From Flaccisagitta enflata (taxonomy: Eukaryota), in contig OZ231126.1 of the NCBI GenBank assembly GCA_965153355.1, positions 20,770,001 through 20,834,000 of the forward strand: a stretch of DNA of 64,000 bases, in the 5' to 3' direction. The position numbers and the translations under genes were made by a program. Position 1 is the first letter of the stretch; every line of letters begins with the position of its first letter. Positions 40,625 through 54,583 of this stretch are shown here, in pieces. A model generated the notes under the pieces. The model did not search any database. It was not told where the DNA came from and saw nothing but the letters and a program-made list of their open reading frames with translations.

Positions 40625-41535
40625 CTCGCAGCCACACAAACACGACGACCGACAGTATGAATTTCTTTCTTTTTAAACAACCCCTATGACTCGCGTTGAT
40701 AAGTAACAAAAGTTGGAACCAGTAAAATAATAAGACCCCCAAAGTAAGAGATTTATGTAATAAAGAGCCTCATTAGTTCATTACTTCCCAAGTATTAAAA
40801 AAGCCAAAGGTTGTTAACATTTATACAGCCGCACAATTTTCTCGCTTCAGTTTTACGGTTGATTTGAGGGGCGAAAAAATTAGTATAATTTTATTTTTTT
40901 GAGAGAGAGAGACAGAGAACGAGAAAAGAATTTATGAAACTAAGAGGTAGGTCGTTTTTTTTTTGTTTTCAGTCTCTTCTCATTCTCAGTATTTTTGCTC
41001 TCTTGAAATTCGATAAGGCATTTCAGGCCGGGCCAAGTAGAAAATAACGAAAATAAAGATAAAATCGGCAGTAAAAGAAATAAAACTCGGCTTGAACCTA
41101 AACCTTTTCGTCGATCCTCGATGCGTCTCTGTCTCTGTCTCTATTAGTCAATATCTATGTGTGTTTTTTTTTCTGTATTTGTCTCCGTCTCTGTCTCTGT
41201 CTCTATTAGTCAATATCTATGTGTGTTTTTTTTCTGTATTTGTCTCTGTCTCTGACTCTGACTCTGACTCTGTCTGTGTCTATATCTTTCTGTTTCTTTT
41301 TCTGTATTTGTCTCTGTCTCTGGCTAAGTTTCTGTCTTTTTTCCTCCATCTAATTTTTTCCTGTCTTTCTGTCGCCCGAACTCGATTGTATCTGATTCTC
41401 TGACCCTCAAGTCTCCGTGTGACAGTGTATCTGTTAGAATCCCCCTCATGTCATGCTCCCTGCTCCCTTTCTATCTTTTTTCAGTTGTACTTGTCTGACT
41501 ATCAGCATGTCTATCTCTGTACGTCTGTCTGTCTT

Positions 41536-41735
<200 letters not shown>

Positions 41736-42525
41736 GGCGGCAGATGAGTAGAAATATCGCCGGGTATCAACCAGGAAATCATTACCGATTACAAATGACT
41801 CTCAAGCTTTTCTGACAAGAAATTTGCCAGCTCAAACAGAAGGAGAAAAAAAAAGAAGAACAGCGATGATTTTAAGATAGACAAATTAGAGACGATGATC
41901 AAACGCGAGTGTTGAGAGATAGACAAAGCATGAGAGAAAGACAGAGAAATAGCCCAAAGGTTTATCTATACGCCATTTTGTGCCCCAAGCAGAAATGAGG
42001 AGAGAGACAGAAACAGAGTGTTTGAAAGAGATAAAGGAGGCATTTTTCGGCGAGCAAGAGCGAAAAATGTGAGGTGGGTGGTCTGCTTTGCACTCTCTGG
42101 GTGTCACCTTCAAAGCGGATGACAGCCGACGCTCGATTGGCTCATTCAATCTCGACTTCTCATTGGCTCCCTCGTTCAGCAGAAAGAGAGAGAAAAAATA
42201 TGGCTCTCTCCTTTGGTCTATTATCTGTCTCTTTACGCGTATGTATATCTGATTCAGTTAGAACTTAAAAGCATTCATTTACAAATGCCGATGGCGAAAA
42301 CAATTTTGAAAGCCGTCCAGATTGAGCATCAAGGTTGAAATGTAACGGGCAAGCCCATATAGGTCTTTACGTATGCCGTGTGGATCATCATGCGAATGCG
42401 TTACCGACCAACCATCCAACCGACCGACCGACCAACAGACACAGCTACTTATCGGCATACTTGGGCGTACGTAATAATCGGAAGAGCAGTGAAAGGCATA
42501 TGGTTTGCAAGCTGCAATCACATTT

Positions 42526-42709
42526 TTAGTCGCGTGCTACGCGACTCTACACCCCGCTATGTCGGTCCGTCGGTCGGTCCCCTTTTTACTTTTTCGGTGT
42601 TTCTGAGCTTTTTGAGCATATGGTTCCTGCCCAGATGCCTTAGTAACCTTCTCCAGCACTGCTCCTGCCCACCCGCACGCGACTAGGGTAGCCGTGTATC
42701 CGGCTTTTT
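42526..42709 (+). mobile_element. HINE-like element, AGTCGCGTGC subfamily
   Basis: 5' AGTCGCGTGCTACGCGACT, 3' GCACGCGACT, then the GCCG-TGTATC-CGGC hairpin. Confidence 0.75.
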
Positions 42710-42992
42710 TCTGATATGATATCAATACAATTGGGACGTTTTTTCTAATATAAGACGATTCAAATCTTCTTTTCGGGTTTTCCCGCTTGGGCGAAGCTTT
42801 AATTTGAGTAGTATGACAGGTGGAACAATATCCCTCACTATACCCAAACTGAAAAATATGGAAGAGGGCCTTGTGAGCCGTCACTGACTAGTTACTACGC
42901 GCATCACTCCTAGTTTTCCATTTAGCAATTTGATTTGAGTAGATTCGGGTTGAAATGTATAAAACCCAGCCCTCGCTTAGTCCTAACGCTAG

Positions 42993-43063
42993 CCCTAACC
43001 CTAACCCTAACCCTAAAACCACCCCCAACCCCAACCTTAACCCTAACCCTACCCCTAACCCTA
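42993..43063. repeat. Interstitial (CCCTAA)n telomere-like tract
   Basis: CCCTAA units mixed with variant units. Confidence 0.75.
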
Positions 43064-43497
43064 AATAAAAACCCGCTTAGAAAGTCAGTAAAACAGAAGA
43101 CCTCACCGAATTTGAAAACAGTACCTACTAGGGCTGGTCATATTGCCAACCTTGATGTATCTCTATGTAACTTGGCAAAAATACTCGAGTTGCTATTTGT
43201 AAAAGATTGAGACCTTGCGCGACTTTCAACTCCTTGTATCTTCAATGCTCACAAAATGAACAAAAAAACGTGAAAAAATTTCAACAGAATTTCGCTTTCG
43301 TTTGCAGCAATGCGGTAAAACAGTTTTTCCCCTGAATCTTCCCTAAGCCAGTTTTCAAATCGAACGTTTTCAAGGCGCGCTTTTGTTCACTCAGACTACG
43401 CACGGTATAGTACAGGGGCTAGGTGTACTGTGACGAAAGAAGTAAAAAAGTCAATTCTATCAGACTGACGATTGAACAAGGCCGAAATTCGTCCTTT

Positions 43498-43980
43498 TTG
43501 GGCAGCGGCCCCAAAGGGCCGATGTCCTGTAGGACACAGGGGCTAAAAATTACGTGCGTCCTTCCGTCCGTACGTACCCCCCCTCCGAAGCTTCTCAAGC
43601 CTCCCCGGACTCAAATCCAGCCTCTCGGGCCTCAAATCTGGCCTCTCAGGCCCTAAATCCAGCCTCTCAGGCCTCAAATCCAGCCTCTCAGGCCTCAAAT
43701 CCAGCCTCATGGGCCTCAAATTCAGCCTCTTAGGCTTTTAATGCAGCCTCTCAGGCCTCAAATTCCCATTGAATAACATGGCAAATTGACAAAAAATTGA
43801 GAAAAATTCCAAATTCCCAATGAATATTATGGAAAATTACCCCAAATATGCTCTCTCAGGATGTATGGAAATTCACCTGTCCTACAGGACATCGGCCCTT
43901 TAAGCCGCCTTGCTCTACTCCACCTCTTACTGATTACTCCAAGAGCATCGGGCACCGCAGTGCGATCCTTGATGACTAGC
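43498..43980 (+). mobile_element. Second copy of the long-subTIR Helentron-like element
   Basis: GGGCAGCGGCCCCAAAGGGCCGATGTCCTGTAGGACACAGGGG 5' end, 21-bp CCTCAAATCCAGCCTCTCAGG repeats, GTGCGATCCTTGATGACTAG 3' end. Confidence 0.7.
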
Positions 43981-44004
43981 TGCTCTTCCTATTGAGCTTG
44001 CGAT

Positions 44005-44098
<94 letters not shown>

Positions 44099-44794
44099 CG
44101 GCTGGATGGACAAAACCTCTTAAAAAGATGCAAACACGCATCTAAAAATGGCTTGATAATCGATATTGAAATTAGACATGTTCCAAGTGACAATATGTAC
44201 TTCGGGGGAAAGGGAAGGGGTGGATTTTGTCCTTCCCACAAAGGGAGCCGAATGATTCAAATGTTTTGCAATTTCATTTTTCATAGGTAATTGACCATGA
44301 AATACGGCTAAAATTGTATTAATCAGTCTCAGTATCAAACTCAAATGGATGAAACTATCTTATTTAGGAGGCGTGAGATCATTGCGCTGCTTTATAGAAA
44401 ATCTTCTGGAATGAGGTGTTATGTCTAAGATCTAACAAGTACGGATTAAAGTATCGCCGTGGACGGGTGGAAAGGGGTTAACAAAGATGCAACAATTGAC
44501 TGTCGAGCATGAAAAATCTAAATAGATAAAACGGATGAAAACAAAGAAATGAAAGAAAGAATAAATGACAGGAGAAAAACAAAACGGTTGGAAAGAAGGC
44601 ACAAAAGAAAAGCGAATGAAAGCAAAAAAAGAAAGAGAAAAACGTGATAGAAAGAAAAAAAGTCCCAAACATGTACCGAGAAACGGAAAAAGGGGAAAAA
44701 AGAATTGGTTGAAGGAAATAACGAAAATATAAACCGAGCTCAGAAAGAAGCTAAGAATGAGGGAAAAGAAAGAAAGAAAGAAAGAAAGAAAGAG

Positions 44795-44873
<79 letters not shown>

Positions 44874-44945
44874 AAAAAAGAAAAAGAACGAAAGAAAGAA
44901 AAAGAACGAAAGAAAGAAAAAGAACGAAAGAAAGAAAAAGAACGA

Positions 44946-45013
<68 letters not shown>

Positions 45014-45096
45014 GAAAAAGAAAAAGAAAAAGAAAAAGAAAAAGAAAAAGAAAAAGAAAGAGAATGAAAGAAAGAAAAAGAACGAAAAAAGAAAGA

Positions 45097-46052
45097 AACA
45101 AGGCCGGATACACGGGCCAGGCGTTATTAATTCTTAGACCTATCCCTAGCTCTATCAGACCTATCCCTAGCTCTTTCAGACCTATCCCGAGTTCTATAAG
45201 GCCTATCCAGAGCACTATCAGACCTATCCCGAGCTCTATCAGACCTATCCCGAGCTCTATCAGACCTATCCCGAGCTTTATCAGACCTATCCCCAGCTCT
45301 ATCAGACCTATCCCCAGACCCAGGCCTGATTTTAGAGCGAGCCTGCGAGCCCGATGCTCTCTATTTTGCTCTCGGGCTCTCATGTTTTGCAAGCGCTGAG
45401 CCCGGCAGGCTCTCCCTCATTGGTATGGATTCTAAGTACTCGAGCTCATTGAGGGAACAAATTGAAATATCATCAAGTTTTTAGTCGTTCTTCGATTTTT
45501 TCATAGACTGAATTATCTTTATAGTGATTATTCTATCACTACATCATATGATAAGTAGCTGCTATTAGGCGGATATGACTATAAAATTTGGCTTAACCTT
45601 TTTACCGGGCTCATAGTTTTTCTCTCGGGCTCTGTCAAATTGTGGGGAGCGAGCCCGACTGGCTCAGTAAAAAAAATCACTAAAATCAGACTTGCCGCCA
45701 GACCTATCCAACCTATCACCAGACCTATCCGACCTATCCCCAGCTCTATCAGATCTAACCGTAGCGGATTATTTTAGAGAATGAAATGACGAGTATCATC
45801 AATGATGAATGAGTTTTCAATTGATTTCAAACATTTTTAGCGATTTTTCATTCGAGCGTGACTGACAGATGGACGGACAGAGCCTCTTATAGAGGTGCTA
45901 TGGCGCATCTTGGAATCATCCTAGCTTATTTCTGAATCATTTCCAGTGATTTTTGCTTCTTTTTGAGATTTTCAACTTTAGCGTGACCGACCAACCGACC
46001 AACCGACCGACAGACAGAGCCTCTTATAGAGGTGCTATGGCGCACCTAAAAA
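45097..46052 (-). mobile_element. HINE-like element carrying a 21-bp tandem repeat (AGACCTATCCCGAGCTCTATC); second copy at 50121-50513
   Basis: Both copies share the termini AACAAGGCCGGATACACGGGCCA and CTCTTATAGAGGTGCTA(T/C)GGCGCACCTAAAA, as well as the internal repeat. Confidence 0.7.
45321..45694. mobile_element. hAT-like MITE inserted into a 21-bp tandem array of a HINE-like element
   Basis: TIRs CAGGCCTGATTTTAG / CTAAAATCAGACTTG, subterminal GAGCCCG/CGGGCTC motifs and approximate CCAGACC flanking duplication. Confidence 0.6.
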
Positions 46053-46132
46053 GAAAGAAAGAACGAACGAACAGATGAACAAAAGAAAACAAAAAGAAAG
46101 AAAAAAAAAAGAAAGAAAGAAAACGAAAGAAA

Positions 46133-46279
46133 AACAAGGCCGGATACACGGCAATCCAGTCGCGGACGATTGGGCGGGAGCAGTAATGCGAAAACTGCTC
46201 GGAATTCAAAAATGTTACGGACGGACCGACCTACCGACCGACACGGCAAGGTGTAGAGTCGCGTGTCCGCGACTGAAAA
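46133..46279 (-). mobile_element. HINE-like element, AGTCGCGGAC subfamily (related copy from 25603)
   Basis: AACAAGGCCGGATACACGGCAATCCAGTCGCGGAC ... GAGTCGCGTGTCCGCGACTGAAAA. Confidence 0.7.
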
Positions 46280-47122
46280 GAAAGAAAAAAATAAAGAAAT
46301 AGAAAGAAAGGAAAAGAGAGAAAGAAAGAAAAAGAGAAAAGAAAGAAAAGGAGAGAAATGAAGGAAGGAAGGAAGGAAAGCAGGAGAAGCAATACAAAAA
46401 TTGCCTGTGAACGCTGAAGAAGTAAAAAGGGATGGACGGACAATACTGGGTGTAGTGGCTTGGCACGCAACTAAAAATGAACAGGATAACTATCCTCAAA
46501 TCCCAGTCTCGAGACTCAAATCCCAGCCTAGAGGCACAAATCCCAGCCTCAATGTTCAAATCCCAACCTTGAAGCTCAAATCCTAGCTTTGTGGCTCAAA
46601 TACCAGCTTCAAGGCTCATATCCTTGCGGCAAGGCTCAAATTCCAGCCTCAAGCTTCAAAACTTACTAGGCATTGGTCATCGGCCCCTTCGGGGCCGCTG
46701 CCCCTCTCACCATCACTCTCACATACACTAACACAGGGGCAACGGGTACCGCTTACCACCTAACGCTTTGGTGACTATTCTTCCTTTTCTTTCCATTTTC
46801 CTCTCTCTCCTTTTCGTTTTCTTTTCTTTTTTTTATTCCATTTTCCTTTCGTCCTTTCTTCCTCCCTGTTTTGTGCTTTCTTTACCTTTTCCTTTCTTTA
46901 CGTTTACCTTTCTTTACGTTTTCCTTTCATTATGTTTTCCTTTCTTTACATTTTCATTTCTTCCTTTCTGTTTTCCTTTCTTCCTTTCTTTCTGTTTTCC
47001 TTTCTTCCTTTCTTTCTCCTTTCCTTTCTTCCTTTCTTTTTGTTTTCCTTCTTCCTTTCCGTCTATTTTCCTTCCTTCTTTTCTTAACATTTTCCTTTCT
47101 TCCTTTTTTCCATTCTTTCCTA

Positions 47123-47631
47123 CAGTAGATGTCGTCTATACTTGGAAATACGGGGGCCCTCATATCCTAATTACCTTTTGTGCAAACGAAATGAAACTAT
47201 GTGTGTATAATGCTTATGTCCTATAGGGTTGACGATGGGGTATAGCAGCTCTGTTAATAGAAAATTCTTTTAAAAACACTATATCAAATTCGCTTGGTTG
47301 AATCAGCTTCTGGAATTGGTCTAGTTGTTAACTCACTTGGCTTCAGATTTATCTTGATCAGTTTATTTAGTCAAAGGTTCCAGGTTCGAATCTCAGACAG
47401 GTTTTGCACTTTAAGCAAATGGATGAAGCTGAAATTCTGTAAAAAAAGAGATTGATCCTAAAATTTTATACTTTATGTTTTTTTCCTAGGGTAAGCCGTA
47501 GGGGGATGCCATACCCCATCGTCAACCCTTTAGGGTCTATACATCATGTCAGCAAAATATCAGTCCCCTCACCATACTGATGCTCAGGTTATGAGCTCCC
47601 CCGTATCTCCAATTCTAGACGACATCTACTG
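47123..47631. mobile_element. Tc1/mariner-like MITE with ~50-bp TIRs and a second internal inverted repeat
   Basis: TA-CAGTAGATGTCGTCTA... versus ...TAGACGACATCTACTG-TA. Inner perfect 19-bp IR AGGGTTGACGATGGGGTAT (47225) / ATACCCCATCGTCAACCCT (47511). It splits a T/C-rich tract. Confidence 0.85.
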
Positions 47632-48222
47632 TACTTTCTATGCGTTTTCCTTTCTTCGTTTCCTTAACGATTTCCTTCCTTTACGTCTTCCTTTCTTCCT
47701 TTCTTTACGTTTTCCTTTCTTCCTTTTATTTACATTTTCCGTTCTTTCTTTCTTTACATTTTCCTTTCTTCCTTTCCGTTTTCCTCTTCATATTTCTTTC
47801 CGTTTCCTTTCTTTGTATCGTTTTGTTTATCTTTCTTTCTTATTTTCTTTCTTTCTTTCCGTCGTTCTATTTTTCTTGCTCCTTGATGGACGGACAATTT
47901 AAGCATTTGACAAAAAAAGCGTAAAAAGTGTCATAAAGATACGCAACCACATTGGACGGAATCCTCCAATCACTTCCTTAATTTGCATATTGAAGTAATT
48001 GCAGTAGACGGTTGATAGGAGTTCCCGAATGAAATTTTGACACCGAAACTTGACAGCAAAAATCTTTCTATCTTCAAAAAGGTATTATTTTCTATTTCTG
48101 TAAAGAAGTACTGAAAACTGTTGAATAATAGGAGGGTTTACTGGGGAGTTGTGACCGTTATTGAACCCAGCGACATTGAGTGCGCATTTTGACGGGGAAA
48201 ACTGTTATGAGCATTGAACATA

Positions 48223-48814
48223 CTATCTAGGCGGAAAAAATCTTTCGTCCTGTAACAAAAATGTATTCATTGGCGTATAAATGAATACAAATCAATTACT
48301 AATCTATCAATAATTATTATCATTTCCCTTTGACTGAATCAGAGCAGCAATTTGACTAAGAGGCGATTTGTAGAGCAGTTAGTGTTACTCAGGAGTGAAG
48401 GCTTTCCAGATCTTTGTTTTGATTTTTTATTGACAATTCTTTCACTACATTTAGAAACACAGCTTTCAAAAGAATCATCAAATCATAGAAAAATCGGAGA
48501 CATAAATGAAGCCCTTCGAATTTGCAAGCAGGCAACGCAAACCGCATCTGTCTAGCTCAAGGCGTTTGGAAGTAATAAGAAAAAGAGTGAAATGATATCA
48601 TTAGAAGATTGTGGGAAAATGTCACAAGTGAAACTCAAGTATTTCAATCAAATTTGAATAGTTTTTGAACGCATAGAGCTAGAGGGATGCGGTTTGCGTC
48701 AATCTCTTGCAAATTTGATGAGCTTTAATTATCTCACCGATTCTTTTATGTTTGGTTGATTCTAACCTGAGAAATGCATGTAAACGTACCGAAAGATTTT
48801 TTCCGCCTAGATAG
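48223..48814. mobile_element. MITE with perfect 25-bp TIRs and TA duplication
   Basis: TA-CTATCTAGGCGGAAAAAATCTTTCG ... CGAAAGATTTTTTCCGCCTAGATAG-TA. Confidence 0.85.
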
Positions 48815-49436
48815 TACAAACATTTGAACGCCGATTTTTAGCTGATTGGTTATAATTGGTCAAGCCGGTTCCTTCCTGTAAGTTACAGAGAGATTTTTGA
48901 CAAAAACGCATACTGACCAACCCTAAGTACCTACACTTGTGTGTGTACATAGAGTTCAAAGCTTAATTTGCATGATGGAGTTTAAGATATGTTGGTTTCA
49001 TGTGTTATGGTCCTTTGAATTCAACACCAATAAGCTTTACGCCTCCTCACATATTTGTCCGTACCGAACATTCAGCTTGTGAAAGAGCTATGTTATAATT
49101 CGTGATATCAATTAGATAGGCCGGTGGACCAACTTAAGTAACTCGTATTTATCTTTTCAGATGTTATGTATAAAACAAAGCTTTGGCCGTGTTAAGTGGA
49201 ATGAGTTCGGGTTTGCTAGTAGTGGATCGAGCGCCGCGCCTCAGCAAGAGCATAGCATAGCCTATGCATAGGCGCTATGATCTTCGTGCCGCAATATGAT
49301 GATTGTTGATCACGAACCATACGTCTAAGACTCTTTAACTAGTTTAAGTAGCGAAATAAGATACATGCCGGGCCGCATTATCATACATCGTCAGATATGA
49401 AATAAAACATGGAAATGTGAATGAGATAGAGGAGAG

Positions 49437-49609
<173 letters not shown>

Positions 49610-49797
49610 AGAGGTTGGACAGGGAAATGGACAAGCTTGAAAAGCGAGCATCATAAAATACGAGAGATTGTTGGCCATCAAGACGAAGTGCAGGAAAAGT
49701 CTGATGTTTACCCAGAGAATATATGGACTGCGTCTCAGAGATAGGTGAAAATCAATAAAAGAAACTGGCATTGAGTTTTGTGCGTAGGAAATAAGAG

Positions 49798-50059
<262 letters not shown>

Positions 50060-50731
50060 CATGGACCAAAACAACCCAAACAGATAGAATACAGGCAGAC
50101 GGGCAGATGGGCAAATATAGAACAAGGCCGGATACACGGGCCAAGACGGTGCACCGGCGTTGATAATTCTTAGACCTATCCTTAGCTCTATCAGACCTAT
50201 CCCAAGCCTATTGACCTAACTGTAGATGAATATGATAATGAATGAAATGACAAAGAACATGAATTCTTAGACCTATCTCGAGCTCTATCCGACCTATCCC
50301 CAGCTCTATGACATGAGACTTAACCGTAGATGAATATGATAATAAATGAAAAGACGAGTAACATAAATGATAAACAAGATGAGTTCTCATGTGATTTTAA
50401 ACATTTTCTGCGTGTTTTCACTCGAGTGTGACCGACCGACCGACCGACCAACCAACCGACCAACCAACCGACGGACAGAGCCTCTTATAGAGGTGCTACG
50501 GCGCACCTAAAAAGAGGGCAGGCTTGAAAGAGATGGATCGCCAGAGACAGCGGGCTGGGAAGATGAATATGAGGACGTGATGGATGGCAAGAGACTAAAG
50601 TAAGTGGTGCTCGTAGGTGGACAAGATGTTAGCTGCTCTCTTAAGGTATATGGAAACCATTAGGAAGAAGGTTTGGAGGGTTTGAAAGACGAGAACACTA
50701 GAGATGGAGAAGGGAGACTGAGAGAAGAGGG

Positions 50732-50987
<256 letters not shown>

Positions 50988-51972
50988 GAGAGGGAGAGAG
51001 AAAGGAGCCTCCTTGAGCCTCCTAGTGGAACGATTTTGCCTTTTTACGACAGCCATTCCATTTCTAGCTCAAGATTGCCAAGACCGAAAGCAGACAAGAA
51101 GAAGAAAACGAAAAAGAAGAAGAAGAAGAAATAGATGAAGAAGAGGAAGAAGAAGAAGAAAATGAAGTGGAAGAAGAAGAAGAAGAAAAAAAGAACAAGA
51201 ACAAGAAAAAGAACAAGAAAAAGAAAAAGAAAAAGAAAAAGAACAAGAACAAGTAGAAGAACAAGAAAAAGAAAAAGAAAAAGAAAAAGAAAAAGAAAAA
51301 GAACAAGAACAAGAAAAGAACAAGAAAAGAACAGAAAAAGGAAAAGAAAAAGAACAAGAACAAGAACAAGAACAAGAACAAGGAAAAGAAAAAGAAAAAG
51401 AAAAAGAAAAAGAAAAAGAAAAAGAAAAAGAAAAAGAAGAAAGCAAAAAACGAGAGGAATAAAGAAGAGGACGTAGAAGATCGAGAAGAAGAAAATGATG
51501 AAGAAGATGAAGGAGAAGAAGAAGCCGAAGAAAAAGATGAAGAAAAAAAAAGAGGGATAAGAAGAAGAAGAAAATGAAAAAGAAAAAGAAAAAGATAAAG
51601 AAAAGTAAAAAAGAAGAAGAAGAAGGAGAAGAAGAAGAAGAAGAAGAAGAAGAAGAAGAAGGTGATTTGGAGGGCTTGGAGGTCTGGTAAAGAAGAAGGA
51701 GAAAAACACGATAATTAAAAGTTGTCATGGCGGGACCGACGGTCCGACAGTGACGTAAAGAATCGCGTGATAGTAACAAAGAATTCATGACGTTGGGATA
51801 AACAAGGCCGTATACACTCCCCCCCAGTCGTGTACAGGACCACGGGTGGACAGGAGCGGAATAGCGGAAAAAGCTTTGTTTCGGTTACCGATGGACAGAC
51901 CGACAGACCGCAGAGACCGACCAACCGACCGACACAGCAACTTCCGGAGTCGCGTACCTGCGATTACAGTTT

Positions 51973-52145
51973 TTAGTTGCGGACACGCAACTCTATAAGA
52001 GGCTTTGTCCGTCCGTCCGTCCGTCCGTCCGTCCGTCGGTTGGTCGGTCGGTTGGTCCGTGGTGATCGAGTTGAAAAGTGGGAAAACGTGCATTTCTGCC
52101 CCTGCCCACCCGTCCGCAACTGATGGCCGTGCATCCGGCCTTGTT
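51973..52145 (+). mobile_element. HINE-like element, AGTTGCGGAC subfamily, abutting an opposite-strand HINE (51801-51970)
   Basis: Termini nearly identical to 14604-14799. Confidence 0.75.
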
Positions 52146-52301
52146 CTAGTACGACTGGTATGGCACTCCCTGGCATCAGTCTGGAGACTTTAGGTTGAGT
52201 GTAAAGAAAACGAAAACAAAAACGAAAAACTTGTGTCAAAGAAAATAAGCCAAATGTCTTACATGTCACCTATATTTCACAAAGTTAGCCTTTGAAGAGT
52301 G

Positions 52302-52418
<117 letters not shown>

Positions 52419-52441
52419 GTATGTTAATTTTCTTGTGTCTG

Positions 52442-52550
<109 letters not shown>

Positions 52551-53135
52551 AAAAACAATAACAACAACAACAACATCAACAATAACAACATCATCAACAA
52601 CAACAACGACAACAAAAACAACATTAGCAACGACGACGACATCCAACACGGCAAAAACCTCATTTCAAGAAAGAATAAACAAACAAAAATGTGAAGGCAC
52701 GCACAACCTAATTGACGCCATTGGGCATGTGCAGAGAAAGTTCCCATTTTACAACCAGACAGCCGGAGACTTATGGACAGATTTGGTGGAAGTTGGAACA
52801 GATTGTTGAACGAGCAAAGCTGGCATTTGCCTCATAGAAGGGATCAGCGGAGAGACTCTCGTTAAAAGAGAAAATCCTTGGAAGAATCTTTGTCTGGCCG
52901 TTCATAGGACAAAAACTGTATTTTATTTGTGTCAAAATAAGAGAAAAAGGAGGGAACAACGCTAACGATGAGCCCTGCATGAATGAATGAATGAAGTAAT
53001 GAATGAATGAATGAATGAATGAATGAATGAATGAATGAATGAATGAATGAATGAATGAATGAATGAATGAATGAATGAATGAATGAATAAATGAATGAAT
53101 GAATGTATGAATGTATGAATGAATGAATGAATGAA

Positions 53136-53430
53136 TAGCTCGGCGACGGAGTGTACGCTCGTGGCCCCCTAGGTTACGAGTTCGAGTACCGCCATGGACG
53201 AGTCTGCTCACCGAAGGTTGGAATCCTCAACCTAGCGATGGGTCTCAGGGTCGGGTTTCCTTGTGTTCTACAGTAACTAGCCAGCTCGTGGGCCAGGGTG
53301 ATCGGGTGGAAGTTTAGGTGGGGGCTCAAAAGGGATCCAAAAGGGGGAGCCATGCGTGGTGGATTTACGCAATTGGTGACAATTTCGGTAGGTCGAACGT
53401 CCCCTACTGTACGCCCAACGTACATGGTAA
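53136..53430 (+). mobile_element. tRNA-derived SINE-like sequence
   Basis: A-box-like TAGCTCGGCGACGG (53136) and B-box-like GAGTTCGAGTACC (53178) at tRNA spacing. The stems are degenerate, so it is not a functional tRNA. The 3' boundary is uncertain. Confidence 0.45.
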
Positions 53431-53861
53431 ACTTCTATGTCAGAAATGATAGAAATCCATTCATGGTGCATAAAGTTTGTTAGTGCCCTGGCATCTGCTA
53501 TTCCGAGGATCACTTGTATTTCCCGCGAAAAATAATATATGAGAAATTCCCTCTTTTGAGTTTTACTCTCCCTAACTAACACGTCAGTCAGAAGCGTTTT
53601 TTGGAATGTGTGGGAATCCTTCTCCGGGGCTCAGCCCCTCAGAGAAGCCGGGGAAAAAAGAGAAATAATTACTTTTAAAAAAATCAAAACAATTTTCTCT
53701 CCCCTTCCCCTCTTTCCCATTCCATGTCACACCCAAATTCTTCATTTTCTTTTTTTAAAACTTGAGTTCAAATTCTATTTCGACCTTATCTTTAATTCTT
53801 GCTCTGAACCAAGACTAGGGCGAGAAGGTGAAGAAATCCACATGGTAGAGCAGATGAAAAG

Positions 53862-53960
<99 letters not shown>

Positions 53961-54361
53961 TGACCAGCGTGGGGAAGAGGTAAAGGAGTTGATGATAGAG
54001 TAAGATAGAGTAACAATGAGATGGAACGAGATAGGAATTACGGGGTAATGTCATGTCAGATAGAGAGAAAATAGAGGAGGCAGGTAGATGTCAGCAAAAT
54101 TGCAAGAAATAACGGTGCAAGTAAGAAATAACAAGAGACGGCGCGGCAGGGATGTTTCAGCAAAAGCAAGAGAAAGAAAGGGAGAACCTAGATGGCGAGC
54201 AACTGTGAAGGATTTTCATTTCCGTCTGACATGATTTAACGATCGACCTTGGTTCTTGTCACATGCAAATGCCACCTGCGCAGTGCGCACGCAAACACAC
54301 GCTCAAGCTCAGATTTGAAGGCACACCCAAACTCATGCAAACACACACTTACACACACACA

Positions 54362-54583
<222 letters not shown>

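Noticed and set aside
45137-45316. CRISPR-like or IRPIPSS-repeat protein
   Set aside because: Head-to-tail 21-bp repeats without unique spacers, inside a HINE-like element; no cas genes; animal DNA.
53136-53200. Functional tRNA gene
   Set aside because: A and B boxes are present, but the acceptor and T stems do not pair; treated as a SINE head.
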